NCBI RefSeq assembly: GCF_023055435.1
Contig: NW_025964334.1
Location: 57,846,001 to 57,910,000 of the forward strand
Length of the DNA: 64,000 nt
DNA from: Haliotis rufescens
Taxonomy: Eukaryota
Direction: 5' to 3'
Below, in pieces: positions 13,821-25,261 of this stretch. The notes below the pieces were generated by a model. The model did not search any database. It saw only the letters and a program-made list of their open reading frames with translations, and was not told where the DNA came from. A program made the position numbers and the translations under genes. Each line of letters starts with the position of its first letter. Position 1 is the stretch's first letter.

Positions 13821-14088
13821 ACCCGTGAAGATTCGGGGTGGAATAGGTCTTCAGCAACCCACGCTTGCCGTAAAAGATGACTATGCTTGTTGTAAAAGGC
13901 GACTAACGGGATCGGGTGGTCAGGCTCGCTGACTTGGTTGATGCATGTCATATATCCCAATTGCGTGGATCGATGATCATGATTTCAATCACTGGATTGT
14001 CTGGTCCAGACTCGATTATTTACAGACCGCCGTCATACAGCTGTAATATTGCTGAGTGCGGCGTTAAACAACAAACCAAAACCAAAAC
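13821..14088 (+). mobile_element. Family B full-length copy
   Basis: ACCCGTGAAG...GCGGCGTTAAACAACAAACC; TSD cttaatcttcagag. Confidence 0.9.
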
Positions 14089-14279
14089 TTAATCTTCAGA
14101 GTGAATGTTTTAGTATTTCAGTATATCATTATCAGAGAGCATCCTATCTCCTGCCAGCTAAGGGACGCAACTCTGCGACGCCTCATCGTTCAGACACTTG
14201 TGTTTCCTCTAAACTTAAGAGCCCACAGTTTCAGGCCACAAATAAAACAACATTGCACAACATTATATGATAGTATTGT

Positions 14280-14285
14280 TTTATT
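14280..14285 (-). terminator. ANKRD9-like polyA signal
   Basis: AATAAA on minus followed by a GU/U-rich tract (14240-14260); implies a 3' UTR of about 0.8 kb. Confidence 0.55.
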
Positions 14286-15071
14286 CATGTATATATTGTG
14301 TATCTCTATAAGAAAGCAGAATTCATTCCCAATTAACAACAACAAACATTCAAGCATTCACCCAGATAAAAATGTTACAAGCTTGTACACAGCCGCATAA
14401 ATTAGAATAATAATAATAATAAAATTAGTAACAGATAATAACAAGATCTCGTGATTTTGATTTAATAAATTAAACACGAATCTCATTCTATAATTTACTC
14501 CATGATTACGAATAACAAAATAAATATCAGATGACAATTACAGATATTCATTCTACCATAACGTTACAACTAATTTGACAATCTGTATCTTTGAGCTATG
14601 TAGAGGGAGGGGTGTCTTAAAAATAAAAATTAAATTTCATGGTTAAACACATCAGACACAATACACAGACCCGTAAAGTGCAAACGTTGAGATATATTTT
14701 TAAAAATGACAGCAGACGGTTGCAGTGTCAATGTGCATAGTTGTGGGACTATTCATGTGTTCGTGGACACGGGTCCCTACACGTCAATAAAGGACATTTT
14801 GCATATATGTGGTAAATATATGCCATGGCAAATATATTAAAGAAGATAAATAAATTAATACTCATACACTAAACACACAAACATAAACACGACCTAGACG
14901 CTCTTGACCTATAAATACACTAGGTGATATGTACAATACTTCCCACTGACATGTATTAATACAGTATTGTCACCGTGACCTCACACGTACAACCATGTTA
15001 TTAACCCAGTCACTAAACCTTATCACATACACACTATCATGGGCCCTAAATCGTTTTAAGTGTCCATGATG

Positions 15072-15854
15072 CTATGTACCGTCCTCGTTGTCCTGGAACG
15101 ATATGGACTTGCGAACAATAAATGGCAGCGGTAATGTTTTAACTATTTGGGGAAGGTGTATTCCAAGAGTCATACGTATGCTACATTTGCTGAGGTGTTC
15201 TAAGCTGCTCGGCTGAACAGAAGTCGGCACAAATTTGCACACGTCACAAACACCGTCAACATGAACTCGGTCGTGAAGAGTTATTAATAAGGGAAGCAAC
15301 TCGTTCTGAACCTGTTTTTCACACTTGAGTAGCTCAACACAACACCTTAGGTTGTTCAGCGTTGCTCGGTATTTTCTGCACGATTTCTCCAAAGGTGTCA
15401 TGCGAGTGGAATCTTTCAAGGTGGGGTTCGCTCCATGTTGTAATAACACCTTCGTACAGTTCACGTATCCCAGCTCGGCGGCAGTGTGTAGCGCTGTCTT
15501 CCCGTTCTCCATTAGGTCACAACCTCTTGAATTTACATAATTTATGTTCACCTTGCCACCGATTAACCGGCTTTCCTCGCAAAGTAATTTCAGCATTGCC
15601 TCGTCGTTAAGTCTGACAGATAATAATAGAAGCGGGCAACACAGACTCACTCTTAGAACCTCCTCACCAAATGTCCGAAGAATGTGGCGTGCATAATCCA
15701 GATGACTGTACATTACTGCAAAGCGAAGCGCTTCCAAGGGAGGATACAATATGTCCCCTCCCCCGTCCAACATATCCGTGTCGCTCTTCACTCGCCATCG
15801 CTCGATTTCTTCAACAGCAGATCCATTCCTTATTGCGCTTATGAATCTAAACAT
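15072..15854 (-). CDS. ANKRD9: ANKRD9-like ankyrin-repeat / SOCS-box protein (CRL5-type substrate receptor), single coding exon, 260 aa
   Basis: The motif series YPPLEALRFAVMYSHLDYARHILRTF, LCCP, RGCDLMENGKTALHTAAEL...LLQHGANP...TPLE and the C-terminal PSSLEHL...LPLP are collinear with ANKRD9 as recalled ([45 protein letters not shown], PPSL...LPLP). Confidence 0.85.
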   Translation of the reverse strand: MFRFISAIRNGSAVEEIERWRVKSDTDMLDGGGDILYPPLEALRFAVMYSHLDYARHILRTFGEEVLRVSLCCPLLLLSVRLNDEAMLKLLCEESRLIGGKVNINYVNSRGCDLMENGKTALHTAAELGYVNCTKVLLQHGANPTLKDSTRMTPLEKSCRKYRATLNNLRCCVELLKCEKQVQNELLPLLITLHDRVHVDGVCDVCKFVPTSVQPSSLEHLSKCSIRMTLGIHLPQIVKTLPLPFIVRKSISFQDNEDGT

Positions 15855-15979
15855 TGCGATTCCGCAAAGTTACCCTCCTTATCCAGTGGCGGGGTTATAT
15901 CCGGAAAAAAAAACTATGCCCCGTTCTCAAAATCTGTCCTGTCTAACAGTAAACACAACACGTCAGGTCATGTGGTTGG

Positions 15980-16062
15980 CTATAAATAGACTAAGCTGGC
16001 CATTTGTGGCCGAGGAAATCGATACCTGACTGTGACGTCACAGAAAGGTTGGCATTGATTGG
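15980..16062 (-). promoter_or_regulatory. ANKRD9-like promoter: MEF2/TATA (CTATAAATAG, 15980-15989), palindromic CRE (CTGTGACGTCACAG, 16030-16043), CCAAT (16058-16062)
   Basis: Consensus motifs in canonical order 125-210 nt upstream of the ATG. Confidence 0.65.
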
Positions 16063-17838
16063 TTGAGCGTTTCTACGTCGTCTGTCGTAAACCCTTACAA
16101 CCGATCGACCATTCGGCAAGCTGTTGGATAATATCGTGACTGTTTTGGTGATATATTTCTATTCTGATAATTAATTGACAGGAAATATATTGATGAGAAG
16201 TAATGATGTGAAAAGCGGCTGGGGAGAAAACATGATGAAAGTTAGTCTATACCGGGACAAAATAATAATAAGAGTCGACAACCTAGATGGTCATTAGTTA
16301 AAATAGATAATAACATAATATACAATGAGTGAATAAACAGAAGGGGCTCACAAAATGTAATGAACAATCGACACCAGAATATTTACTGCCTTGTGTCTGA
16401 CTCATGTCTCTACACGTGTAAGAGGACAATCTTGTGAACTCAACTGATACCAAATAAGGCAGTTGGATATTCAAATTAGCGGGGTCAATGACGGATTGAT
16501 TTCCCCCCACAGCCATATGAGCGTGATTGAATAGGTTATATAACCAATATCATTCAGGAAGGACATATCGCTCCCTGTGAATCACTGTTTGATTCAACTG
16601 GCTTATTGTATATCTTTGTTTAGTTGTTTGTTGTTTTGTTTTACGCCATACTCAGCAATACTCGAGTCTGGGCCACAGTTGCGTGGGTCGATGCTTACGA
16701 TGGGTAACAAATGTAACCATTAACTGCAAGTAGATATTTACATTCAACTGTGTGGTGTTTGAATAACTTGAAACAAATTTGCTGGGTCTGTCAATCTGGC
16801 AGAGTCAAGTCCCCCTTTAACTAATCACGTGGATGGTATAATCACGTTTGGGCAAAACATTGAAATATAATGTGTTTTTTATCTGGTTTCGTGACGTAAT
16901 GTTGTTTGTATTAACGCCGTATGTGAGTGGCGTCAATTAAGTGCACGTTGATTAAATAACTAAGACAGTATAAGCAAACGTTTCAATGCATTCATGTATA
17001 AGGAATTCCTGTACATTCTACATACAAGTGTACGGTTTTGATCTTTTCACACACGCTATGCGTGTTGGAGCTGCTGTCGTCAATACAATGATGATACAGA
17101 CCATATACCCCACACGTACTTATAACAATTTGTTTCGGACGAGCATATCTAACACCGTGTAACAGCGATTTAAATGTTTCGTTAAATTCAAATATGTTTA
17201 AAATCCTTTTAAATTTCATTTTGCCTCCTGCCCAGTATAATGATCAAGAAAATACGTGAAGCAAATCAATATATTTGTCTGGCCCAAATATTACATTATT
17301 AACGTGTGCCACATTCGTAAAGAGTTTTATTTCCTTTGCAACGGGTTCATCCTCCTTAAAGACGAGGGACGAAATCACAGGCCTGTGTTTCCGAGTCGAC
17401 ATAGTTATTTAGGTTACCAAAGCAACATTGTCCACAATCAGATTATTGTGCTAATGCTCATTAATGGTTCTTGTCATCACTGTAATTCAAACAGGTGCAT
17501 CGATCAAAGCACTCAACATAATGTGTTTAATTGACAACACTAAAGATCGACGCACGTACTTACGTAAGACCATCTATCGAGTGACTTACCAACTTGCATT
17601 AATCAGTGAGCATTGAGTCCATATCCCTGGATTTAATCAATTAACGTGTTATTTCCTTATAATCCGATGATAAAATGAAAACAATATAAATTATTTCCGA
17701 GGCGTATTAGGGACTGGCCATTTGGTAGTCTGGGAGACCTGGGATTTGGTAAGGTTGGTAACAAACACGCAAACATCAAAATTGTGCACCGTGCATGAAC
17801 ATGCACCTGCAAATTGTGAATCACGACCTTAAAGCCAA

Positions 17839-18006
17839 GAGTGAGTGAGTGAGTGAGTATGGTTTTACGCCGCTTTTAGCAATATTCCAGCAATATCACG
17901 GGGGAACCAGAAATGGGCTTCACACATTGTACCCATGTTGGGAATCGAACCCGGGTCTTCGGTGTGACGAGCGAACGCTTTAATCACTAGGCTACCGACC
18001 GCCCCT
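17839..18006 (-). mobile_element. SINE family C
   Basis: TSD taaagccaagag. Confidence 0.9.
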
Positions 18007-18313
18007 AAAGCCAAGAGATGTCTTCATGAATATGTTTTGAAAGATGCATTATTTAATTTCCGAATATATTTATTTTTTCTTAAACTGTATATGAAGCACA
18101 GTTACTTTATTCTGTTAGTATATTTACTGTGCAATGCTTGCAAGGAGAAGTGTACTGTCCCCTTTAACCATTCTTTGTACCGCATATGTTGCGGTGTACC
18201 ATATTACTGTACATGGACCGATGGCCCACTCCCATCTGGAATTGAATACATAGTTTGTTGTTTACAGGCACTAGGAAATATTCCAGCTGTACATGACAGC
18301 AGTCTGTAAAATA

Positions 18314-18608
18314 GACTGCCTTCCTGGTCTAGAGGTAGAGCGTTCCCCTGGAGAGCAGAAGGTCCGGGGTTCGATCACCAGCCACGTCATACCAAAAGAC
18401 GTTAAAAGATGGTACTTGTTGTTACCCTGTCTGGGGCTCGGCACTAAGGGGTTAAATCCAGGACTGGTCAGCTTGGTGTCAGTATACTGTGTGTGAGTGG
18501 GGTATTCATGTTAATCCTGCTGCATGGTATCTCAGTGAGCTAGCACTATAAATCAGCATCAGTCTGGACTAGTACAAGCAGCCAGCCAGCCAGCCAGCCA
18601 GCCAGCCA
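18314..18608 (+). mobile_element. SINE family A ending in (AGCC)n
   Basis: Homology to the 1134-1456 copy. Confidence 0.85.
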
Positions 18609-18864
18609 ACCCCTCTCCCTCTCCCTCTCCTTTACGACTTAGCGCGCATCTCTTTCAAATACAACATTAAAATGACTCATATAAAACAAACTTCAAACAT
18701 AATGTTGGTCTCTGTAGCCTTACACATACCTACAGTAAGAGCTTCATAAAATACACATTTAACCGCTCAGTTGATCCAGCACAATGCTTTCATAAAACTC
18801 ATTCATCCAAACACAAACGCAAAACATAAATTGAAAACAAACCAGTACCACCAGTTCATGTCGT

Positions 18865-18870
18865 TTTATT
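18865..18870 (-). terminator. Strong minus-strand polyA site (possible distal end of the SIAH transcript)
   Basis: AATAAA followed on minus by a long GU/U-rich downstream element (18800-18850). Confidence 0.45.
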
Positions 18871-19238
18871 GCATAGCTAACATATTTACAGCTAAGCTTA
18901 TTCTAGCTATCTACAACCGAATGCTTGATCATTCCTGTATCAAAACAGAATAATTTATGTCAATACACTGTCTTAGACAAAATAGCCTCTGTACAATAAA
19001 TCTCTATGTAACATGGCACAGTGGGGGCATCAAACCACAACTCCCCCCAGTTCTAGCAGCAACAACCAATTCAGTATTTCTCATTCTTTCTTCTGAAATA
19101 AAGACCTGAAAAGATGCATTCATGTTCTTCCAAATTCTAAATGCCTAACAAAGACCATGTGTATGACATCTGTCCCCAGTGGCAGTAAGAGAAATATACC
19201 TACCACAAGTCAAGTAACGTACCTGTTTTTGTATTATA

Positions 19239-19350
19239 CTACTCAAAAGAAGTTAAGGCCCACTGTTTATTTCATATTATAGTGAATATGTCATGGTGGA
19301 TTAAAAAGTAATCTGAAAGAATCAGGTGGTCCTTAACTTCTTTTGAGTAG
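19239..19350. mobile_element. Tc1/mariner MITE
   Basis: TIR CTACTCAAAAGAAGTTAAGG; TA TSDs. Confidence 0.88.
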
Positions 19351-19847
19351 TATATGTACCTGTAGCATAAAAACTGACTTAATGAACATTTCTCAGTGAG
19401 TTTGGATAACAGTTGTTCAGGCCAGGGAGATGTCTCAACTCACAATACCAACAATAAAATATAATAATTTCTTCTTAGGAAATTACGAGAAACAAGTACT
19501 GAGTCTGTTGAGGCAACCACCTGGTGATTGGAGCCACCTCACAAAGTAGACGGACATCTTATTTATACAAAAACTCTCCACAGAAATCTGCACTGCAGCT
19601 AGATGAACACCACCAGTCAGCCCCTCCCATGTGTGAGTGGTGAGTTGAGTGGTGAGTTGAGTGGTGAGTTGAGTGGGTGAGTTGATGGGGCTCTAGGTTA
19701 CAGAGGTTAGCAAGTCCGGAGCAGGCAAACCATTGCAGCATTGTTACAGGCCATCCATACACGGGTGTGATGTCAGTAAGCATGAATGGGCCCATCTGCA
19801 CAAAGTGACCTTAGCCATAATTACTGAAAACCTAACTTACAGTACAA

Positions 19848-20661
19848 GGCTCCATTTCACAAAACGAGTGTAGCACTACAACTGCCTTGAGCCCCCTACC
19901 TAAAGATTGACATACGACTGTTGTAGTATTAGGATTGTAGTGATTGAGGGCCCTGTTTCACAAAGCAGTCATAGGCCACGACTGTTTTATTCCAAGGCCT
20001 GCAGTTGGGCACAAAAAAGTTTAAGAGGTGTGTTTTGTTGGACATGAATTATTACAAACAAATCCTAAAAAAACATTTGCTATCTGTGACCTGTTTCACA
20101 AAGTAATCTTTGCACTATGACACAATTCTAATCTTACATTCTAACACCAGTCATACCACCAAGCTCACTTCAATGTCACAAACCTCTCAGCTTTAAGACT
20201 AAGGTCAGTCGTATTCGATAGTCAAAACATTCTAATAACAGTCATAGCATCATCAATATTGCATCAACTTCGGAACTTAATCACAAACTTACGTACACGA
20301 GTCAGTTTAACTGCTATGCTTAACAGAAACTGATGAACAATGTAGCAATTCAATAGGTCTATCAACTCCGAGCACAAACCACCTTCAGTTGTAACACTAA
20401 AAGCAGTCAGTACAAGTCATAATTCCTATACTTACACAAACACAACATACGACAGTCGTAGCGCAAAGATCACTTTGTGAAGCAGGACCAAGACAAGAAC
20501 TGAAAGATCTTCCTTTGTGGTCACCATTGGTTACCAACACACAGCATCGTGGCCTGGGTCCATATTCACAAAGCAATTCCAGAACTTCAGCAATCGCAAT
20601 TAAAATATCTTAACAGACATACAACAGTTATAAAACTAAGATCGCTTTGTGAACCTGGTCC
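19848..20661. mobile_element. Cluster of related MITE ends (GGNCC..TTCACAAAG type, Harbinger-like)
   Basis: Inverted pairs at about 20087/20489 and 20556/20661, plus solo ends at 19848 and 19948. Confidence 0.5.
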
Positions 20662-20856
20662 TTCATTAACAAGCACTTGCAAATCAGTACCTACAATATG
20701 TCAGTGGTGATCGGTGAGGGTAAAATGGCATCATGGGTGGGGCTGACAAGTTGCAGCAGTTCTATGGATCACAGTGGAATCACCATAATGGGAGGAAAAC
20801 TTCACACAACCGGGCGGTGTCATTACATCGATGAACTGATGGATGATTAAAATATA

Positions 20857-21038
20857 CTACTCAAAAGAAGTTAAGGACCACCCAAGTCTTTCACATGATG
20901 AAAAGTAATCTGACGTGCCATGTTAAGGACCATCCAATTTTTTTCATGTTAAATGTACTAAAGATAATCTGTCATGCCAGGACTGATTAACTATAGTAAC
21001 ATGTAGGAATTGATTGGTCCTTAACTTCTTTCGAGAAG
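20857..21038. mobile_element. Tc1/mariner MITE, same TIR
   Basis: TIR plus TA flanks. Confidence 0.85.
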
Positions 21039-21256
21039 TATAACTGAAACTGACTAACGTGATGTGTTTAGACAGGCAGTTGCACAGGGCTACTGATCTC
21101 TCTGCATCATGGGACATTTCCTGACCTATGCTTCCACAGTTCTAAGCTGATTAGTAAGAGTAACAAGGGCACTTGTTGTGTCAGCTATCAAATCATAACA
21201 CTCAGCTCATGAAGTACTGTACATCATAGCATCATACAAGACTTTTAAACAAGTTT

Positions 21257-21420
21257 AGAGTGAGTGAGTATGGTTTTACGCCGCTGTTAGCAATATTCCA
21301 GCAATGTCACGGCGGGGACACCAGAAATGGGCTTCACACATTGTACCCATGTTGGGAATCGAACCCAGGTCTTCGGCGTGATAAGCGAACGCTTTAACAA
21401 CTAGGCTACCCGAACTCCCC
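21257..21420 (-). mobile_element. SINE family C (further partial or degraded copies at about 22456-22595, 24540-24632, 28910-29060, 48862-48965, 48992-49084, 51736-51798, 56243-56340)
   Basis: Homology among copies. Confidence 0.88.
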
Positions 21421-21585
21421 AATATGTTTGGAAAAATAAGAAAAGTTATAGCATTAGCATCTTTGAAATGATAAAAGAGAAGGTTTCTAAAGAAGGGGTG
21501 CCCTAATTGTAAGTGTCCTGTGTTTCTGGCAGACGATCTGACCCATCTTTAAACTTAATCCCTGTGTGAAACACTGACTTAATAT

Positions 21586-21953
21586 TAGTAGAGGGACGAT
21601 ACACCAATGCATCGGTGGATTGCGGTTTTTCACTTCTCGATACACAGTATCGAACACGGTCACAAACAAAGTAAAAAGTATCGATTCTTACCATAAGTGT
21701 TTTCTTGAATAACACCAAACACTAATTACTAGTGAAAATGAGTACTGAAAACGTAAATAATTTCATTCATTGTGCCATACCTGACACTGCCAACTGTTAA
21801 TCATTAGTGTGCCAGGTATTTGGCAATCCTGTCTATGAAAAAGATGGCTTACGCACCACAGTGCACATGCAAGTTTCGCGATACATATCGCATCGTGAGC
21901 AAGGTATCGTGATGCGTATCAGATTGCACAGCTGGTGTATCGTCCCAGCCCTA
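21586..21953. mobile_element. hAT-like MITE (GGGACGATACACC TIR)
   Basis: Inverted termini; partly conserved 8-bp flanks. Confidence 0.65.
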
Positions 21954-22593
21954 GTGAATATGTTGCCATGATGGTCAATTCTCTGTCAGCCTTTACACCA
22001 CGTCCTCCGCGACCAGCTGTGCCTACTGCTCCAGTCTGTTGGACTACAACAATTAGGCTCACATCACGGCCACTATCCTGACTCTCAGGAGTTGGGTGTA
22101 ATGTCGTGCTGAACACTAGTTCCGTGTCAGTTTCAGTTCAGTCGCATCTGGCGACATCCACGGCACAGGAATGTGGCTGATAAACTAAGGATTATAATCA
22201 GGGCCAACAGGATCTGACCTCTCGACCACAGACCCTGGCATGATTAAGAGTGGCCAAGACCTCTTGGTCAGCCATGAAGCGGTGTTAACAAATCCTAATT
22301 ACAGAGTACAGTTTCCATAGATCCATGTCTTCTTATCATAATACATTCACAATCAGCCTAAACCATGTAAGACTCTAGTCCTATGGATTATCTATGCTAA
22401 AGGTCAATCTATGGCAAGCTTTGCCATGTGAAGTAGGCTTGTAAAATAGCAGATGTGAGTGAGTGAGTATGGTTTTAAGCTGCTTTTAGCAATATTCCAG
22501 CAATATCACAGTGGGGGGCCCCAGAAATAGGCTTCACATATTGTACCCATGTGTGGAATTGACTGTGACTTCGCCGTGACAAGTGAAGGCTTT

Positions 22594-22800
22594 AGTTGTT
22601 GGATTCTATAACACTCCACTCAGCAATATTCCAGCTATAAGATGGAGGTCTATAAATAATCAAGTCTGGACCAGGCAATCCAGTGATTCATGGTCATTGA
22701 TCAATACAAATGGGTTATGCTGACATGCATCAACCAAGGCAGTAAGCCTGACCACCCAATACCAATACAACCACCCTCTTATGACAAGCATGGGCTGCTG
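22594..22800 (-). mobile_element. Family B, degraded
   Basis: Homology to other copies. Confidence 0.75.
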
Positions 22801-24961
22801 CATGTTACGTATTGAAAGTGGAACTATTAATGACGACTAATGTAAAGGTCAGACAGTCACTGTGGTCGTACTCAAATATTTCCCCAAAATGATCATCACG
22901 TTATTGAAAGACACAAATGAACAAGGTAAAAGAACATCTAGCACGTCATGTTGGCTCCACAGAGCGATAAACACGAACAGCGTCTAAATGAACCAATAAT
23001 GGACATGAAGTTGAAAATATTCAATGTTATTTTCCATGAATGTAAAATGATTTCATTACAATAATATCCTTCCCTTTCAAATTAAAAACAAATAGAAAAT
23101 GAATCTCATCTGTAATAAACAGATAATTGCAAACAATTGTTACATTGTCCATGACAGCAATTAATAATTATGACAATATTAGAAAGGAGTAGGATACATA
23201 GCCATGCATACAACAAGAAATGGGTGGTTATAATGAGGGTCGCTCAACATTCTCTTGTTTTTTTGTCTAGTTGTCCCAGGAACACTAAAAGAGTTGTGTC
23301 TTAATTTTAGAGTTCATTAAGAGCATATTTAAAGATGTCTAAAAGTAATATATCACCATCAATGCTTCTGTGAGGATCATGTTGTAGATGGGGTATATGT
23401 AATAGCACAGACAAAGGGTTTCGACAGGGAGGTTATCGTATGCGAGTGTCGTACCTGTTACAATGACATCAGCTTGTAGTAATTTGATAGTTACTGAATC
23501 AAAAACATAAAAAACAGACAAAAGAATTTCTACCAATGTGTGAGGAATCAAGTGTTACTACTTCTGTGCACATATTAGTGTGTCCTGGACTGGTGGATAT
23601 AGAAGTTATCTACCAGTACATTGTCCAGGGCTGAAACCCACCATATCCATCGAGCCACTCTAACGGGTGGCATATATATAGGGCTACCGACGTTGTTAGC
23701 TGTTGAACAGCAGTGTGATGTACAGAGTGAGTGAGTGGCTTGGGTTTGATGCTGCTTTTCACAATAGAAGAAACAGGGTGGAGATAATAAGAGACTACCT
23801 CTTGGGAGCCAGCCTAGGCATTGCTCATGGCAAGCTGACACTCTATCCAGTATTCACTACACAATTACAATTGAAACAAAATTGCAAAGAAAGAATTCAA
23901 GATTTTTTTACTCCTTTGAATGTAACAAAACAATTCTCATCAACTTTTCACACACATTCTCAAAATCATTACAGCATGTTTTCATGATAATGGCCTGAAT
24001 CGGCCTGCTCCCAACTATCAGTCTGGATGAATATTCTACAGGTGGATCATGTCAAGCAGGGACCATACAACCAAGGTGATATATAATGTCAAACAAAATC
24101 CTCCTAGCTAGTAAATTACAGCAACACAAAAAAGCTTAAATCCAAGGATGCAAGAGGATGAAGGCTTAATGACATGCAGATATAAGTGAAGGAACACCAT
24201 AAACTAGTTCAGTGAACCCCCATTGTTTCAGTGAGTCCACAGTAGAACCATGTACAGCCAGAACAATAAATGCTTTCATTTTACAGACAAGTGCACTGGA
24301 AATTAAATTTAAACAAAATTAACAATGTTCTTTCTTTCTTGTTTGTAATTTCTAAAATAAACTCAGAGCTTTTCAGAAAACAATTCAGGCATGCTGCTAT
24401 TTTAGTGAGAATGAGACCAGGAAAATCTGTTCCAGAAGAAAACTAAACTTGTCTGGCCTTGCACAGTGATGGTTCTAGACAGAGAAGACTGTGATCTTGC
24501 ACTGCTTGCTGTTGGTGGGGTGGAAAGACACACTAGGGAGTACAGTTTTACGCCACTTTTAGCAATATTCCAGCATATCACAGCGGGCACCCCAGAAATG
24601 GGCTTCACACATTGTACCAGGATTCAAACCCAGAATCTGGTGTCCCCAAGGGATGCAACTCCACATAGCGAATAGCAGCGTCTTGGACTGGTCCACCTGT
24701 GCCCCTTATAAACCAAGCAAGATGGTACAAGTAGCATACTTCAGACACATAAAAAAACTTGAAGCATTCAAGTATATCCTGAATAAAGTCCTACTTTTCC
24801 AGCCAGTGTATCATCTGACACTCTTCTGAATACATTTAAACAGAACTGAATTATAGGCAATAGAAAGAAGATATCATAGGGGTAACGCTATTTTTCGCGA
24901 CATTATCATTTGCAGAAGCCCGAGGTCTTCCATTAACTGCCTGACGAAGGAGCTACCGTTA

Positions 24962-25261
24962 TTATAGCTAAAATGGATGGAATTTGTTATCAAATAAAAA
25001 GAAACAATATCAGTCTTGAAACATTAACTGCAATCAACACGAATGTCACTGACCCACTTTCACAAATATGGAAACGTCATAGAACAAACCAGATGACATC
25101 ACTATTGAAAGTGATGTCACCTATCCCATCCCTATGACGTCACCTAACAACAGGCGTGATAATGGCCCGTCGTCAAGCAATATGAGGGCATTATCAAGTT
25201 ACAGTAACCCGCTCATTTATGATAACATGCGGGCGTTTAATTCTATCCATTTTAGCTACAA
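24962..25261. mobile_element. MITE with TAGCTAAAATGGAT TIR
   Basis: Inverted termini of about 22 bp. Confidence 0.6.

Noticed and set aside
15205-15235. SIAH degron in the ANKRD9-like protein (VPTSVQP)
   Set aside because: Only the VxP core matches; PxAxVxP spacing is not met, and it abuts the SOCS box.
15325-16029. Plus-strand ORFs overlapping the ANKRD9-like gene
   Set aside because: Antisense shadows with no recognisable protein features.
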